Of a stretch of 64,000 nt of DNA, positions 41,058 to 53,932 are shown in pieces. The notes beneath the pieces were generated by a model. That model ran no database searches and was not told the origin of the DNA. It saw nothing but the letters and a program-made list of their open reading frames with translations. The first letter of the stretch is position 1. Each line of letters opens with the position of its first letter. Position numbers and translations under genes: made by a program. The stretch is taken from contig JAHLTZ010000013.1 of NCBI GenBank assembly GCA_025786725.1, positions 496,001-560,000 on the forward strand, read 5' to 3'. The DNA is from Syncephalis fuscata S228 (lineage: Eukaryota > Fungi > Zoopagomycota).

Positions 41058-42227
41058 TTATAGTTCTGATATCAATACAGGTGCAGCCTTTGCAGAAAAA
41101 CGATTTGCAGCCAATGAGGTTACGCCATGGCGGTTAGATAGTGCGAGTTCTCGTTTTGCTTTGTCTTTAAGACAAAAAGGACAGTTGATGCCGGCAAAGT
41201 CGCGTTGGCAGCCTAGACAGCAATGGCGTCGTTTTTTTGGACAATGATCCTCGTCGGCTGTGCAAAGTTGAAGATTGAATCGCTCACAAATACCTTTGGT
41301 GTCCAGTGTAATTCGGCCTGGATGCCGTGCACCCAGCTGATAGTGTATATAGACAAGGGACATGCGCGTGCCCCATTTAAATCCCTCGATGGCCTGGGCC
41401 CGTCGATACATATCATCGTAAGCCAGTAGTGCTGATAGGCTGAAATTGTTGGGGAACGAGTAGATGTGGTCGGTATAGCGTAGATAGCCGGTCGTCACCG
41501 TTGGATCATCCTCCAGTAGCCGAGTAAGAATACGTAGGTTGGCTCGGCTCCAGTCACGTAGCGTTATCGTTTCACCCGACAGCGGTGTCGTTAATGTAGC
41601 CGTACTATCGTTTTTTTTACCGGGTCGACCCGACAGAAAGTCGTTAATGCGATAGTAGTTGGGCGGTGTCATTTCACCCGGCGATAAGCACATAAGTGAG
41701 CTATCACTCAAAAAGTTTGGATCAGCAGGCTTTTCGTTGCATTCATACTCTTCCAGCTCAAGCAGGGTCGCTCCTTCAATCTCTTTTTCATCCTTTGCTA
41801 GCGACCAGTTGCTAGACTCGCTTGAACTTTGCCGACGATGATGCTGATTGTCGTCCCATACCTGTGTAGAGGGCGACAAAATGGATGATTGCGAAGACAT
41901 GGTTTGAATAATGCTAGCGTTAGTGGCTATTCGTTGCAATGCACATTGAATACAGTAGTGTTCCGCGTCTCTAGGTGCAGCAGCAGTGGCAGCAGCTATG
42001 GCCGGCGGATAGAATGGGTGTTGTTTAACGAGGTTTGGTGTGGATGAAAAGTCACAAATGGTAGGGTAGTGGGATGGCAGTGATGGGTTCCTTTTTATTG
42101 CCTTGTGCTTTTGAAGGTCAGGCGAGTCATTGTCGAAACAATGATGAATATGCTTTAATGTTGTGACTTGTTTGTGCGCCATTCCAATTTTAGCATCGAT
42201 GCGCCGTAAACGGGGAAGTGAGGCCAT
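41058..42227 (-). CDS. Intronless 389-aa protein with a C-terminal DIRS/Ngaro gag-like domain and Cys/His zinc-finger cluster; no linked RT or recombinase
   Basis: TLRDWSRANLRIL...YLRYTDHI...LLAYDDMYRRAQA...FKWG followed by ICERFNLQLC...CPKKRRHCCLGCQRDFAGINCP resembles ORF1 of tyrosine-recombinase retrotransposons. The ORF is solid; the family assignment is from recalled motifs. Confidence 0.7.
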   Translation of the reverse strand: MASLPRLRRIDAKIGMAHKQVTTLKHIHHCFDNDSPDLQKHKAIKRNPSLPSHYPTICDFSSTPNLVKQHPFYPPAIAAATAAAPRDAEHYCIQCALQRIATNASIIQTMSSQSSILSPSTQVWDDNQHHRRQSSSESSNWSLAKDEKEIEGATLLELEEYECNEKPADPNFLSDSSLMCLSPGEMTPPNYYRINDFLSGRPGKKNDSTATLTTPLSGETITLRDWSRANLRILTRLLEDDPTVTTGYLRYTDHIYSFPNNFSLSALLAYDDMYRRAQAIEGFKWGTRMSLVYIHYQLGARHPGRITLDTKGICERFNLQLCTADEDHCPKKRRHCCLGCQRDFAGINCPFCLKDKAKRELALSNRHGVTSLAANRFSAKAAPVLISEL

Positions 42228-43398
42228 TTGTTTTTACTACAAGTTTCTTTTGCACCCACGGCCGACAAAGCGGTTTCTTTTACTGTTTTATTAGTGGCAT
42301 CTACACAAATGCAACCGGTTCAGGATGAGCAACCCCTTTTGAACATCATACATGTAACAAAACAATTGTCCATGTAAAGTGCATCTCAACTAATAAGAGG
42401 CACTTCCAAGTTGGCTTGATTATCATTAGAAATCTGAATGAAGAAGCAGCGATAATACAGTTGGTAGTAGTCGATTGCTTTACAAATAGAGAATAAAAAG
42501 CTTTATAGTTGTTTTATGTTTAGTATCTTTAGCTGTTTAGCAATCTCATATTATTGCTTTAATTGCAACATTCCCATACAGTGATGCAAGCCCCTTGATT
42601 CTTTACCCTAATAAAAAAATTCCAAGACTTAATACTCTTTGTAAAGTGGAATACTTTTGTAACACATACAATATTGATGTAATGCGCCTTTGAAACCTTA
42701 TTGCTGCACAGTTAGCACCATTATATGATAAGCACAGTAGATATAATTAGGTAACATACTGACGTTGCAAATAACTTATGATCTTTATTTTTTATTAGTG
42801 TTGATCCAATAAAATAGTACATACAAATGTACGTGGTGATTATAGTTGAATCTGCTGCATGCATACTGTTCTGGTAATAATCAGGGTCGATTAGTCAATA
42901 TTTGGCATGGTTACATCCATTGGCGGTCCTTAGGCTATTAATACTGACGTAACACTGTATTTGATTCATTTGTGACGATTTATATGCAATTCAGCGCATT
43001 ATCTATTAATAGAATGCAATAAATATTGTTGATTGTATTGAGCATTGGCCATATACAATTGTTACCATCTTGTCGACATTATTATGGAAAGATTGCACAA
43101 CTAATATTGTCAAAGTTTCTATGTTTAAATATAATAGTGTAGCTTTAACAATGAAATATTTTTACATCCAGAAAAGCCAAGTGGCCATTGGTTGTAAAGT
43201 AATGTTTATTTAGTTTAATATACTGCTTATATAACAATCATATACTCGTAAATACAGATGTTGAATTGCTGGATAAACGGGCTTGATGGCTGATCATTAC
43301 TAGTTGATCAATGTGTGATGGGAATATTTGTCTGGCAACTAGTTATATGTAATTGTAATAAATTATTTACAAATACTAAGGCATTCGTATATTGTTAG

Positions 43399-43512
43399 TA
43401 TTTTTAGATTAAATGGCACTGGAGAGAATAAAGTGGTATGACGGGGTAATGTTTACTAAAATGTGTGTATTGCTAAGCTATTTTATAGCTGTGATACATG
43501 TTAGTAAATGTA
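43399..43512 (+). repeat. Degenerate inverted repeat upstream of the chitinase (pairs with 45801-45917)
   Basis: Shared blocks ACTGGAGAGAATA, CGGGGTAATGTTTA, TAAGCTATTTTATAGCTGT and TTAGTAAATGTA in reverse complement; about 80% by eye. Confidence 0.8.
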
Positions 43513-44281
43513 TTAACAATGTTAAATGCATGATTTTTATATTAAAAACAGTTTAGGGATTGTCAGGAACCCATCGGCTACATACCAATATTGTTTATAA
43601 AAGTGCAATGAGGATGGTGCAATTAATATTGCTATAACTCTAACAGTATTGCTGTTTCTTAAAGTGCCGTATTTTGACAGTGTATAAATACTTAATATTT
43701 AAACTTTTGTAATATAATAAATTTCAACGTTTTACTAAAGATCAATTAATAACCATAGCAACATAAACAAATTTGTTATTTAATTGGGTATAATTGCCTA
43801 ATAGCATGTTGTATATTTTTAATTTATAAAGTAAAAATAAGCCGTCTAAATCGACTATAATTACTTTACAATAGTACATCTGTCATTACAACCTTTGACT
43901 GGCAACTATTTCATCGTAATAACCAACTGCAAATCTTAATAAGGAATAATAGACACGTGTGTATTTAAATTGTTCGCATTACCAAATTGAGAATTTATAA
44001 TGACGTTCAATCTATTTTTATAACAATCCATAGTGATAGCAGCCCCTTTGTAGTGTGACGTGCAACATATCGGATCATGTGGTATACAGGCACTCGTAGC
44101 TGGCCTGCTACTCCAGCTATAAAAACTGGCCATTTCTCCATTTCATTAATAAAGAATTAACTTAGTTTAACATTCGTTTTATTATATTCTGCTCTGTGTT
44201 ATATCCATCTTGTCTATTGCTAGGGCCCCTTCTATATAGCAGTACGACAGCAGCTTTCCTTCTTCCTTTCAATACTACATT

Positions 44282-45552
44282 ATGAGTAACCAAGTACTGG
44301 CTGCCTACTTTGTGTCGTGGGGGATTTACGCTCGCGATTACCATGTCGCCAGTATACCCGGCGATCAACTAAATCATATACTTTACGCGTTTGCCGATGT
44401 CAATGACCAAGGTGGCGTGACACTGACCGATAAATGGGCAGACATCGAAAAGCACTACGAAGACGATAGCTGGAATGACACAGGCAGCAATCTCTATGGT
44501 AATTTCAAACGACTTGCTTTACTTAAACGACAGCAGCGTACACTAAAAGTGTCGCTGTCCATTGGCGGCTGGACGCTATCTAAAAACTTTCCTGTTGTTG
44601 CCGCTGATCCAGCTAAGCGAGCCGCTTTTACGCAAACTGCTATAAAGCTGCTCGATGATCTTGGCTTGGATGGTATTGATATTGACTGGGTTGGTATTGA
44701 CTAGGCTTGAACAATTAAACTACAATATTTACATGTTGCTATTAGGAATATCCACAAACGCCGGATGATGCACGCAATTACGTACTTTTATTGCAAGATA
44801 TACGTGCTGCATTGACACAGTACCAATACAATAAAGGAGAAGCGCAGCCATATTTGTTAACGTGCGCTGTTCCTTGTGGCGAAGCAAACTATCAAAAGTT
44901 GCTGCTAAACGAAATGGGTCCATTGGTCGACTGGCTCTACTTAATGGCTTATGATTTTGCTGGGTAATGTGGCGATCTACACTAATGTCACATAACTAAC
45001 ATTAAGCTTTTTTGTAGTTCTTGGTCATCGGTTGCCGATCATCAGGCTAATCTTTTTGACGGTGAGCTATCGGTATCAAAGGCCGTCGATTACTACTTGT
45101 CGCAAGGTATACCGCCAAATAAAATTGTTGTTGGTTGTCCACTGTACGGCCGTTGTTTCCAGCAGACCAACGGTATCGGCCACAGCTATCAAGGGATAGG
45201 AGAAGGCAGTTGGGAAAAAGGTGTTTACGACTACAAACAGCTACCACTTCCCAATGCACAGATTCATATTGATGAGCATCGAGGCGCGAGCTACTCGTTT
45301 GATCCGGCCAAGCGAGAACTAATTACCTACGACACCACGGAGATTATTCAACGCAAGGCAACTTGGTGCCGTGAACGTGGCCTACGCGGCATAATGTTCT
45401 GGGAATTAAGCTCTGATCAACGCGATTCAGAGCACTCTCTCGTGAGCACAGCCTGTCGTGCTCTCGGTGGACCTGCTGCACTTGAACAAGCCGAAAATCA
45501 TCTTTTCTTCCCTACTAGCCAATATGAAAATGTACGCAATGGATTTTCATAA
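44282..45552 (+). CDS. GH18 chitinase (group A type, no signal peptide); two introns (44690-44745 and ~44964-45018)
   Basis: YFVSWGIYAR, HILYAFA, LYGNFKRL, KVSLSIGGWT, catalytic LDGIDIDW|EYP, LMAYDFAGSW, GIMFWELS. Confidence 0.96.
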
Positions 45553-45800
45553 GCATTGCGGTTGAATCTTACTTTGTGTCCCTACTTTTCTTTCATATTA
45601 ACTTTCTTCCCCCGCATTTTGTTAGCTTTGTGCCATTATTTAAATGTGATCAATTAATTCTGAATAGAATATTACTATACTATTGCTTGTTCTTAAATTT
45701 AAGCCATTTATTGTGCATGTAATTATTTCAACGTCGCTCCCTATCATGAATCAGTTTTTAGTCCATTCACCACTATTACGTAATATCTCCACTAATGCAG

Positions 45801-45917
45801 TACATTTACTAATGGATATTACAGCTATAAAATAGCTTAATATTACATACATTCTAATAAACATTACCCCGCTTATACCCATTCTATTCTCTCCAGTAAC
45901 ATTTAATTTAAAAAATA
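45801..45917 (-). repeat. Degenerate inverted repeat downstream of the chitinase (pairs with 43399-43512)
   Basis: Reverse-complement match as above. Confidence 0.8.
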
Positions 45918-46565
45918 TGGATTACATTACATTTATTCACATATTACAAGGCCCTGCTCATCAAGCAATTATCTTGTATTGATTTTTTATTTGGACAAAC
46001 ACGCTTCATCTAAGCACGCAATAACATAATCACGCTATGCCTTACCGCGTGGCCAGTCATTATCTATTAGCTATATAACAACCATCTAATAGCACATTTA
46101 ATAAACAATAATCCATTTAGGTCATATTCATTCATCTTTAGTACATCTTAATTTAGTATTTATAAATGATTTGTCAGTGTATATATTTGTAACAAATGGT
46201 TATTTGTTACGTAGAATAACCATAAAAAATAATAATTGTGCAATTATTTTCGCACACTATCTGATTTAATTTTCGAGAAGTCTATATATGTTGCTTAACC
46301 TTTAATAAAAGACGATCTTTATTCAACTATATGTTGCTTTATTGCTGTTATAATATTTTAAATGCTTGTAAACATTGTTATTTATTTATTAAGTTAAATA
46401 AAATGAGTTAATCGTATAGTACGTTGTGTTTCGTTTAACATGATTATTTAATTAGTTTTAATAATAATTATTAACTATTTATTATGATTTGTAGTTAAAA
46501 TGACTAAGTTCAATAATATTTGTTGTATTGAACATGATGATGGATGATGGGTGACATGAAAGCTT

Positions 46566-46925
46566 AAAATGCTCATTATCATAAATTCATTATCCAATAG
46601 TTATATATATATAATATCATTAGTATTACACGCTTGTATTAATATAATTTATTCTATAATATACTAGGTCGCATTCTATTCATTATAGTCCTCAATGCAT
46701 TTTTTATGCATATGTGCAATATGACACAGCACTGTTGATTGTATATCAAGTATACTGTATATTGTTCTAGCACATAATAACACATACTATTTAAAAATTA
46801 TTGTCAATTTGATTCGAAATTTATTAGTAATATATTGTAAGTCATATGATTATCTAATATTAATGATATAAATAAGTAAAGGATATATGAGTATTGGATA
46901 AGCAATCTATAGTAATGAGTGTTTT
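46566..46925. repeat. Short degenerate inverted-repeat pair (MITE-like); arms ~46566-46628 and ~46855-46925; belongs to a motif family also at 33143 and 52392
   Basis: AAAATGCTCATTATCATAAATTCATTATCCAATA vs reverse complement AAAACACTCATTACTATAGATTGCTTATCCAATA; ATATCATTAGTATTA vs ATATCATTAATATTA. Confidence 0.55.
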
Positions 46926-47572
46926 GACGACTGATGCTACTTACCATTCAGTTCTATTAAAGATAGAACAAATGCTAGTTTAATTGTGTAAACATTATGT
47001 TTAGCCATTTGGTTTTCAAACAGCATTAAATGTTAATAAATTGCATAATAACATGAATAAATAAATTACTGATATTGTTTTAAATCAGTTCATGTAAAAA
47101 CATAATATCCAGATTTATTAAATAGATCGGAAACAGCATCAACGTATCTCATAAATAAAACACTGACTTAATGATTTAATTAAATAAGTTTATAATTGAA
47201 AGCTAAATATGAAGAGAAATAATAACATGTTTTTGTTTTTGTTTTTGCATCGTTATATAGAGACTATTAAAGTGTTAATATTTGTGCTTAATAGTAATTA
47301 TTACTGATTATGATAAGCAATTTATTATAAAGAACAGATACGCTAATACAAATATAAAAGTATAGGTTAGCTCATTGTAAACAAGCAGTTGCCGTTCCCA
47401 GTCCCCGTCGAGTTCCACCCTGGAACGACGGAGCCCGGTGTACGGCATTGCCTGCTTGCTTGGTCCCGCCCTTGACACTGTTGCCTAGCATAAAGTTAGC
47501 ATTGCTATAATTAGTTTTATATTAACTTACCATATTATACAAGTTTAATTTTAATTGCGTCATTAAACGCAA

Positions 47573-48077
47573 TTAAGCCATTTTGCCGCCGTGCACATTA
47601 GTGCGACGACGCGGTCTTGGAGTTGCAATTCGGCGAGGCTTTTCGCCCCGCTGAATTGCGCGAGAAGCGCTGTTGGCACTTCTTGCTTCTGTAGGCGTGC
47701 TGTCGGTCGTGACAGCAGCCTCAGCCGCTTGGACCGGTGCCAATTTGAGGGCACCGGTAAACTCCACACCCTCCATAGGGGTGGCGTGACCGAAGGAAGA
47801 GGAGGAGCAGTAGTAGTGACTACTGAAGAGAAGCCCGAAAGGCTTGTAATGTTCGTGTTGATTGCTTTGTTGCTGCTCAAAACCTCTTCGGTTTGAACAG
47901 CAACGCTGCGTGTAGCAGCCTTCGCCTGCATCCCTATGCAGCGGGTAGTTGGTGCCAATAGAGCCTGTGTTGGCCGCGACACAGACTCTAGCACTTTGAC
48001 CTTTTTCAAGGTCAGTTTGTTGGCCACCTCAATGTCTGTTTCAGAAACAGACGTTTCTGGACGGTAGGTGGTGGCAT
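47573..48077 (-). CDS. Hypothetical low-complexity protein in a GC-rich island; probably frameshifted in the C run near 47780
   Basis: Two overlapping minus ORFs (47563-48027 and 47573-47776) join by adding one C (SVTPP-P-MEGVEF). No recognisable domain; start uncertain. Confidence 0.35.
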
Positions 48078-50143
48078 TGTAGCATAAATGATGCTACGCG
48101 TATAAATGAATAGTGTAGTCATCGTTGACTACTTTACACTATAGCAGCGCACAAAAACATACAATTAGCATTGTGTAAATACTATATAGCGCAAGTGCAA
48201 ACGCAACATAACAAACGAACCGCTCAGTTCAAGTAGATGGATAGTTTCAAGCAAACGCCAAGGATGAACTGCGCGGTTGATCAAAACGAACACAGACGCA
48301 ACGCAAAGTGCTACGCGACAAAACAAACTGGCGCAGCAATCATAATTTCATTCACTAACAAACGCAAACGCAGCACTTGCTTACCTTTTTAAAGCGTTTG
48401 TTATGACAAAAAACCACAGTATTGTAGTATAAAGAAAAGATGGAGTGAAAACAAACAAGAGGAAAGCGTTATAGAACACTACAGATTGATCTTGCGCAGG
48501 CTTTTACACAGTAATCGCCACTCATAGCCACTCAACTATTTTTCACACACACACTAATACTTTGTATTATCTTTTATTTCTATTAAAGCGTTGTATATAT
48601 AACTTGTAGCATCTTCCTGTACTCATGCAGCCCAATACGATCTCATCAACCAAAACAGGCCTGCATCGGACATGAATATTAAATGGTCCGTGTACACCTT
48701 GCTAAACCGGTAAGTAGTCCGATAAACTGGATGGCGTGATCACAACACAAATAGACAACACGTGATCTTGTGTTTACTTTTCATAAATACGCCACCACCA
48801 TGATTGTCGCGTATTAATAACGCGTGTACACGACTGAAACAATAACAGACCATTTATACAATACACGTAGCTGTAATAACATATAAGTTTTATTCAAGCC
48901 ACTTGTATATATTCTAATATTCATAATATACGGTTTATTTCTATTTATACGATTGTTTTGTTAATAGGTGCTTTGTTGGTAGGTGTGTTGTAATCACATA
49001 GTCTTGTTACTAATGTAGATACATATCAATTAGCTTATTGTAGCCAACTCACTACTACAACAGTTTGTAATAGCTTTATTGTTTCATAGCATCAGTAGGT
49101 ATTATTTTCTGTTATATGTAAGAACTATAGTGTAAATATGTATATAATATACTCAATAGGTATAGCTGTAGTTTATTGGATGTATATAAAATACTTGTAT
49201 CTGTAGCTATATCCGTTAGTATTAGAAGTATCAGTTGTAGCTGCTTTACGTGCTATGATATATATGACGAACTGATTGTCTATCAATATTATACCAAAAC
49301 AGTGAATATGTTGTAATTCTTCAAATGAATAAGCATATCCAAGATTGATTAATAATGTATTGTATACATCATATACTTATTTTACTGTCGACGCTGTAGC
49401 AATATGTAAAAATGGCAATTGTTTGGTCATTGCCGTGTTGTAGACACTGGCGATGACATCACGCTATGTTCGGCAATACCTATACTACTATTATTGATAC
49501 ACTTATAGTTTGCCGTTATGCTTGAGCAACTATAAAACACTTTATTATTATTTTAATGTTATTCATCGCTCATTACCATGTTCAATAAATTGAATGTTAT
49601 TAAATAAAATCATTTAATTCCCAATTTATAATAAACGGTTAATAAACATAGTATATATAATAATTCAGATGATACACAACAGAACCAGGCACATCGCTAC
49701 TCTTCTAATATCCAGAATAATCAACTGAAGCAATAGCTTTATTTAAAAAACTGCAATTAAATTAAAGCAAAAATAATATATGCTCCATTGATGCACCAAA
49801 CAACTTGATTATATTAGTATTCAAGAAAAGAAAAAAATGAGCTATTGACCATTTAGCCAAGAATTAGACTTGTATGGCTTATTAATTAATCATTTATTTA
49901 TATGTTTGTATCGAAAGCAAGTTTAGTAATAATCTTTGTCATCATTTATCGAATGGTGATACAATTATACGTGTGGCCAGCCAGCACTTTGAACTGCAAC
50001 AATATGATTAATAAGATACACTAATAATGCCATGCAGGTTTCTAATAAACACTATGCTATATTATAAAATAAAACAAATCATTGAAATGTAAAAACTAAA
50101 ATAGTCCGGCTTAACCTTGTTTTTATAGCGCTGTTGGCCATTG

Positions 50144-50827
50144 CTATCGAAAACCAAGCATTTGTCCCAGACCGCAGCAGAGAAGGAATACGCAACATGT
50201 AGCCTCCGCGCCCTCTGTGCCACGGGTACCGCAACAACAGCAACAACAGCTGCTTTTTGCGTCGCGCTTTTCTTGTGCCTCTTCATCGGCAAGTGCACGT
50301 GCAAGTGAATCATTGCCATACGGACTATATCCGTTGGGCCGCCATCCATCGGCAGCTGCACCGCTATTTTTAACTCTTCCATGCGCGCCATCATCTGCCT
50401 CATCACTCGTCGCGAGTCCAATCGCGTTAAGTGCGTCGCGTCGTTGTGAACCTCCCGAGCCACCGCCTAGCGATGCACCAATATGACTTTCTTCGTTAGA
50501 CGATGTTGCCAGCATAGCTGAGTGTGCTGTCGGTTGCTGTACAACAACCATGGGCGGTGGTTGTAAATTGACAGAATTGCGATTTGTTTGATAGGATGTA
50601 CTACCCGTCGTATTGCTGGATGAATTCAATGATATACGGTTAATACTATGCCCAGATGGACTACGTCCATGAGTCTGTGCCTTGGGAGGCACCGGCAAAG
50701 ATCCTGGATGTGCGGCTGAGTATGGATCTATACTGCTGGGAGGCGGTGGTAACGGCGCGGCATACTCCTCCAAATGCCGCGGTGAATGATGTTCATGCAG
50801 CGGTTCATTCCGGCTTTGATAGGACAT
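50144..50827 (-). CDS. Pro/Ser-rich protein with Cys-rich C-terminal tail (CYSTM-like)
   Basis: 227-aa ORF with disordered N-terminus, ending SSCCCCCCG...TCCVFLLCCGLGQMLGFR. Confidence 0.7.
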   Translation of the reverse strand: MSYQSRNEPLHEHHSPRHLEEYAAPLPPPPSSIDPYSAAHPGSLPVPPKAQTHGRSPSGHSINRISLNSSSNTTGSTSYQTNRNSVNLQPPPMVVVQQPTAHSAMLATSSNEESHIGASLGGGSGGSQRRDALNAIGLATSDEADDGAHGRVKNSGAAADGWRPNGYSPYGNDSLARALADEEAQEKRDAKSSCCCCCCGTRGTEGAEATCCVFLLCCGLGQMLGFR

Positions 50828-51346
50828 GTTGTAAAATAATGAATCAAAATAAAGAACTGGGTATTGCGACAGGCATGCAAAACGCTGATAAATATATTTG
50901 CTGATTATTCGAGGCTGATCTACAATTCAGATAAAAATAGAAGTTAAAACGGTTACAATGTGAGTAACACTAGCGTGTAGTATTCCTTTGTGTATGAATG
51001 CCTCAGTGGTATGAAGTAAAAATAGATAGCAAGTTAGGCCTTCTTCGTCAGTATCAGCACTACGATTGAAATATGGAAGGTGTTGGTGAATGATACGGAA
51101 TCGCAAAAAAAACGCTGGTAAAATACAGGAAAGGGAGTGGGAGCCAAGATGATTAAAGCAAGCATAACTGCATATCTCCTCGTTCTTCACGGTCTATAAC
51201 AGGATTTCCCAGACACAATACACGTGAGGCAGTGCTATTTTAAAAACTGCGTCTTGTTATTATCTAAATAAAACGCTTTAACAGCATAAAACATATATGT
51301 ACCCCGTATTATTATAAATATATTTATAGTAATATATACCAGGTGA

Positions 51347-51869
51347 TCAATTGGCTATACAATGGAAACAAGCAATGCCAATAAAACAGCACTCGAAAAT
51401 AGATTCAATGCCATTTACAAAATAAAGCATACATGAATTTGTTTCAATTGCTTCGTCTAAAACCTTTGTACCTTTCGTCTAGGACTTGTATCGGCAATTC
51501 CTAGATTCATAGAAGAAGTAAACTTCAAAGGCGACGATGAAGGCAGCGTGGTACCTTAGTGGTATGTAGTAGCGGTGCTATTAATATATGTGCAACTATT
51601 CCTGTAAAAGTGGTGATATGAGTTGGCGACACTTGAATAACCGTAAGTTTATCTGCAATGAATATTGTTGTATCATTAATACGATTTAATTCAACTGGTT
51701 GATTGTATATTTGGAGGCTTGGATTTATTTGCACAGACAAAGCGTGCCCTGTCGGTAATATATTATTATGCTACTAAAGCTCAAACACTGGTCCTATGCA
51801 TGGATTTACAAATCCTGATACAGCAACCGTCTCCGTATCAGTATCAAGTGGCGGCCTTTGTCTATGCAT
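51347..51869 (-). pseudogene. Pseudogenised tandem duplicate of the 53170-53708 Cys-tail gene
   Basis: SVQINPSLQIYNQPVE...DTTIFIADK aligns with PAQINPPLLVSNQSTE...DTVISIADE; tail IESIFECCFIGIACFHCIAN* aligns with VQAIFGCCLICVTCFQCMGN*; in-frame TAG TAG at 51771-51776 opposite Gln codons, plus frameshifts. Confidence 0.85.
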
Positions 51870-53169
51870 ACCAACAAATTGGCTATGCTAGATGTAAATT
51901 TTAAAATGGCAAGTTGGTTTTATTTAATAATGTGTATAATAAATTCAATATTTATATGAGTGGTATATATATGTCAGTAGACTGTTATTGTATTTTGATA
52001 AAGTGTATTATTATACATTGCTTAAAACGGTTGCTATATAGTTGGCAGTAGCACAGTAGAGCTAAGGCAAGTGTATGCAAAGGTGATGTATCAACATTGA
52101 TGATGAATAGTAAATGTAGATATTGGAATTATTATTATATTTAATTTAAAAACCGTTTATTAATAATTTAATGTAATTTGGGATTAAACGAATAAATGTA
52201 ATAACATTCACGTAATTGAGCTAGACATTGGTTCTATTGAAGATGAGATGGGTAATGGGCTATGTTAATGCTTAAAACATTTAAGCATAATATAATTTGA
52301 TGATTAAATGGCTATATTTAATAATATTTACAATATTGAACTAATCGTTTATTTTATTAAACATAGAACGGGTGGTGGGTAAATTAGATTTAAAATACTC
52401 ATCATCATAGATTTATTATCTAATATGCATATATTCACCATTTACTTATATTATTTCCATTGTACATTTATCCTGCATATATATATATATATGCAATAAT
52501 CATAGTAAAGACAAGCCAGAAATGCACTTACCGTGACAATAAACTGCCAATACCAATGATTGGAGTAATGAAGGTCAGATTACAAAAGAGCAATGCAAGT
52601 ACATAGTGTAGAGGGTGTTTGTACCTAACTAGTAGTCAAATAACTACCAACAATATCTAACTGGTATATATAGAGTGTACAAGTATATGCAATGGATATA
52701 TGCTATCAAGTGTGAAGAAAGAGAAGGAAAGTGTAGCGACATAGATTGTATGTTGTGTTGTTAATATAAATAAACTAAAACAATGATGTCATTTAATAAC
52801 AAACTACTCATTATCATAGAACACATTTTAGTATAATAGCGAATGTATTAAAAAATAAAGCCATTTGACACCAAATAATAAGCTATTATTATAGAACATA
52901 TCACTATTTAAATAGCAAGGGCAGTTAAAATGAATAACTAACAAATAATAAAAGTAATCCACTACAAATTAAATCATTTCATTCTATATACTAATAAAAG
53001 AACAGCAACAGTATATTAAAGTGTATTAGTGGTAGGCATAAAACAATGCATCATGATATACTGAATGATAGATAGAAAAGAATAACAGTGTAGACATGAC
53101 ATATAAAATTGCCTACTATTTATTTGATAAATACTATAAATATGGCTATTATGTTAGTGTATTAAGCAG

Positions 53170-53708
53170 TTAATTGCCCATACATTGAAAACAAGTAACG
53201 CAAATAAGACAGCATCCAAAAATGGCTTGAACACCATCTGCTAGATAAATAAGACACGACTTTGACTCAATTGATTCATCACGAGTCCTTTGGCCCTTTT
53301 GTTTAGAACTTGCACTGGCACTCTCTAAATCCATAGGTGGATGGTTAGACAGCAAAGGCGACGATGAAGGCTGCACTGGTGGTGACACTTTCACAGCATA
53401 TGGTGGTGGTGCTAATACTGTAGATGTAGCTGTCTCTGCAGAAGTAGTGGTATAAGCTGGTGGTGGCTGAGTGGCCGTAGATTCATCTGCAATGGATATC
53501 ACTGTATCAGTAATACAGCTTGATTCAGTTGATTGATTAGACACTAGCAATGGGGGATTGATTTGTGCCGGCAAATTCTGTCTTGTCTGTAATATGCTAT
53601 CATACTGTTGCTGTTCAGGTAAATTTGTAGACTTTGATATAACGAGTACTTCCTCCATATCAGGCCGTGGTTTTTGCTCATGTTATTGGCAATAGTAGCT
53701 TCACTCAT
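53170..53708 (-). CDS. Pro/Ser/Thr-rich protein with PPPY motif and Cys-rich C-terminal tail (CYSTM-like); upstream ATG needs one extra A in the run at ~53671
   Basis: ORF 53170-53658 with PPPAY and APPPYA motifs, ending GCCLICVTCFQCMGN. The paralog reads in frame through the upstream segment. Confidence 0.7.
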
Positions 53709-53932
53709 GCTGGATGCTAATGGATCGGTAGTATGTGTAATAGATATGATGAATCAAAAGTAAAGGTAAACGTAACAAACGGTTGGCTAACTAAATAAAG
53801 TGGCTAAAGGCGCAAATTAAAACAACGAACAAAGGAATGAATTGCTACATAATTATTTATAGCTTTATTACTAAATATAGTTGTAGCACAACCAATTAAT
53901 GCACCGTTATCAATATTACGGACCGGAGTGCA

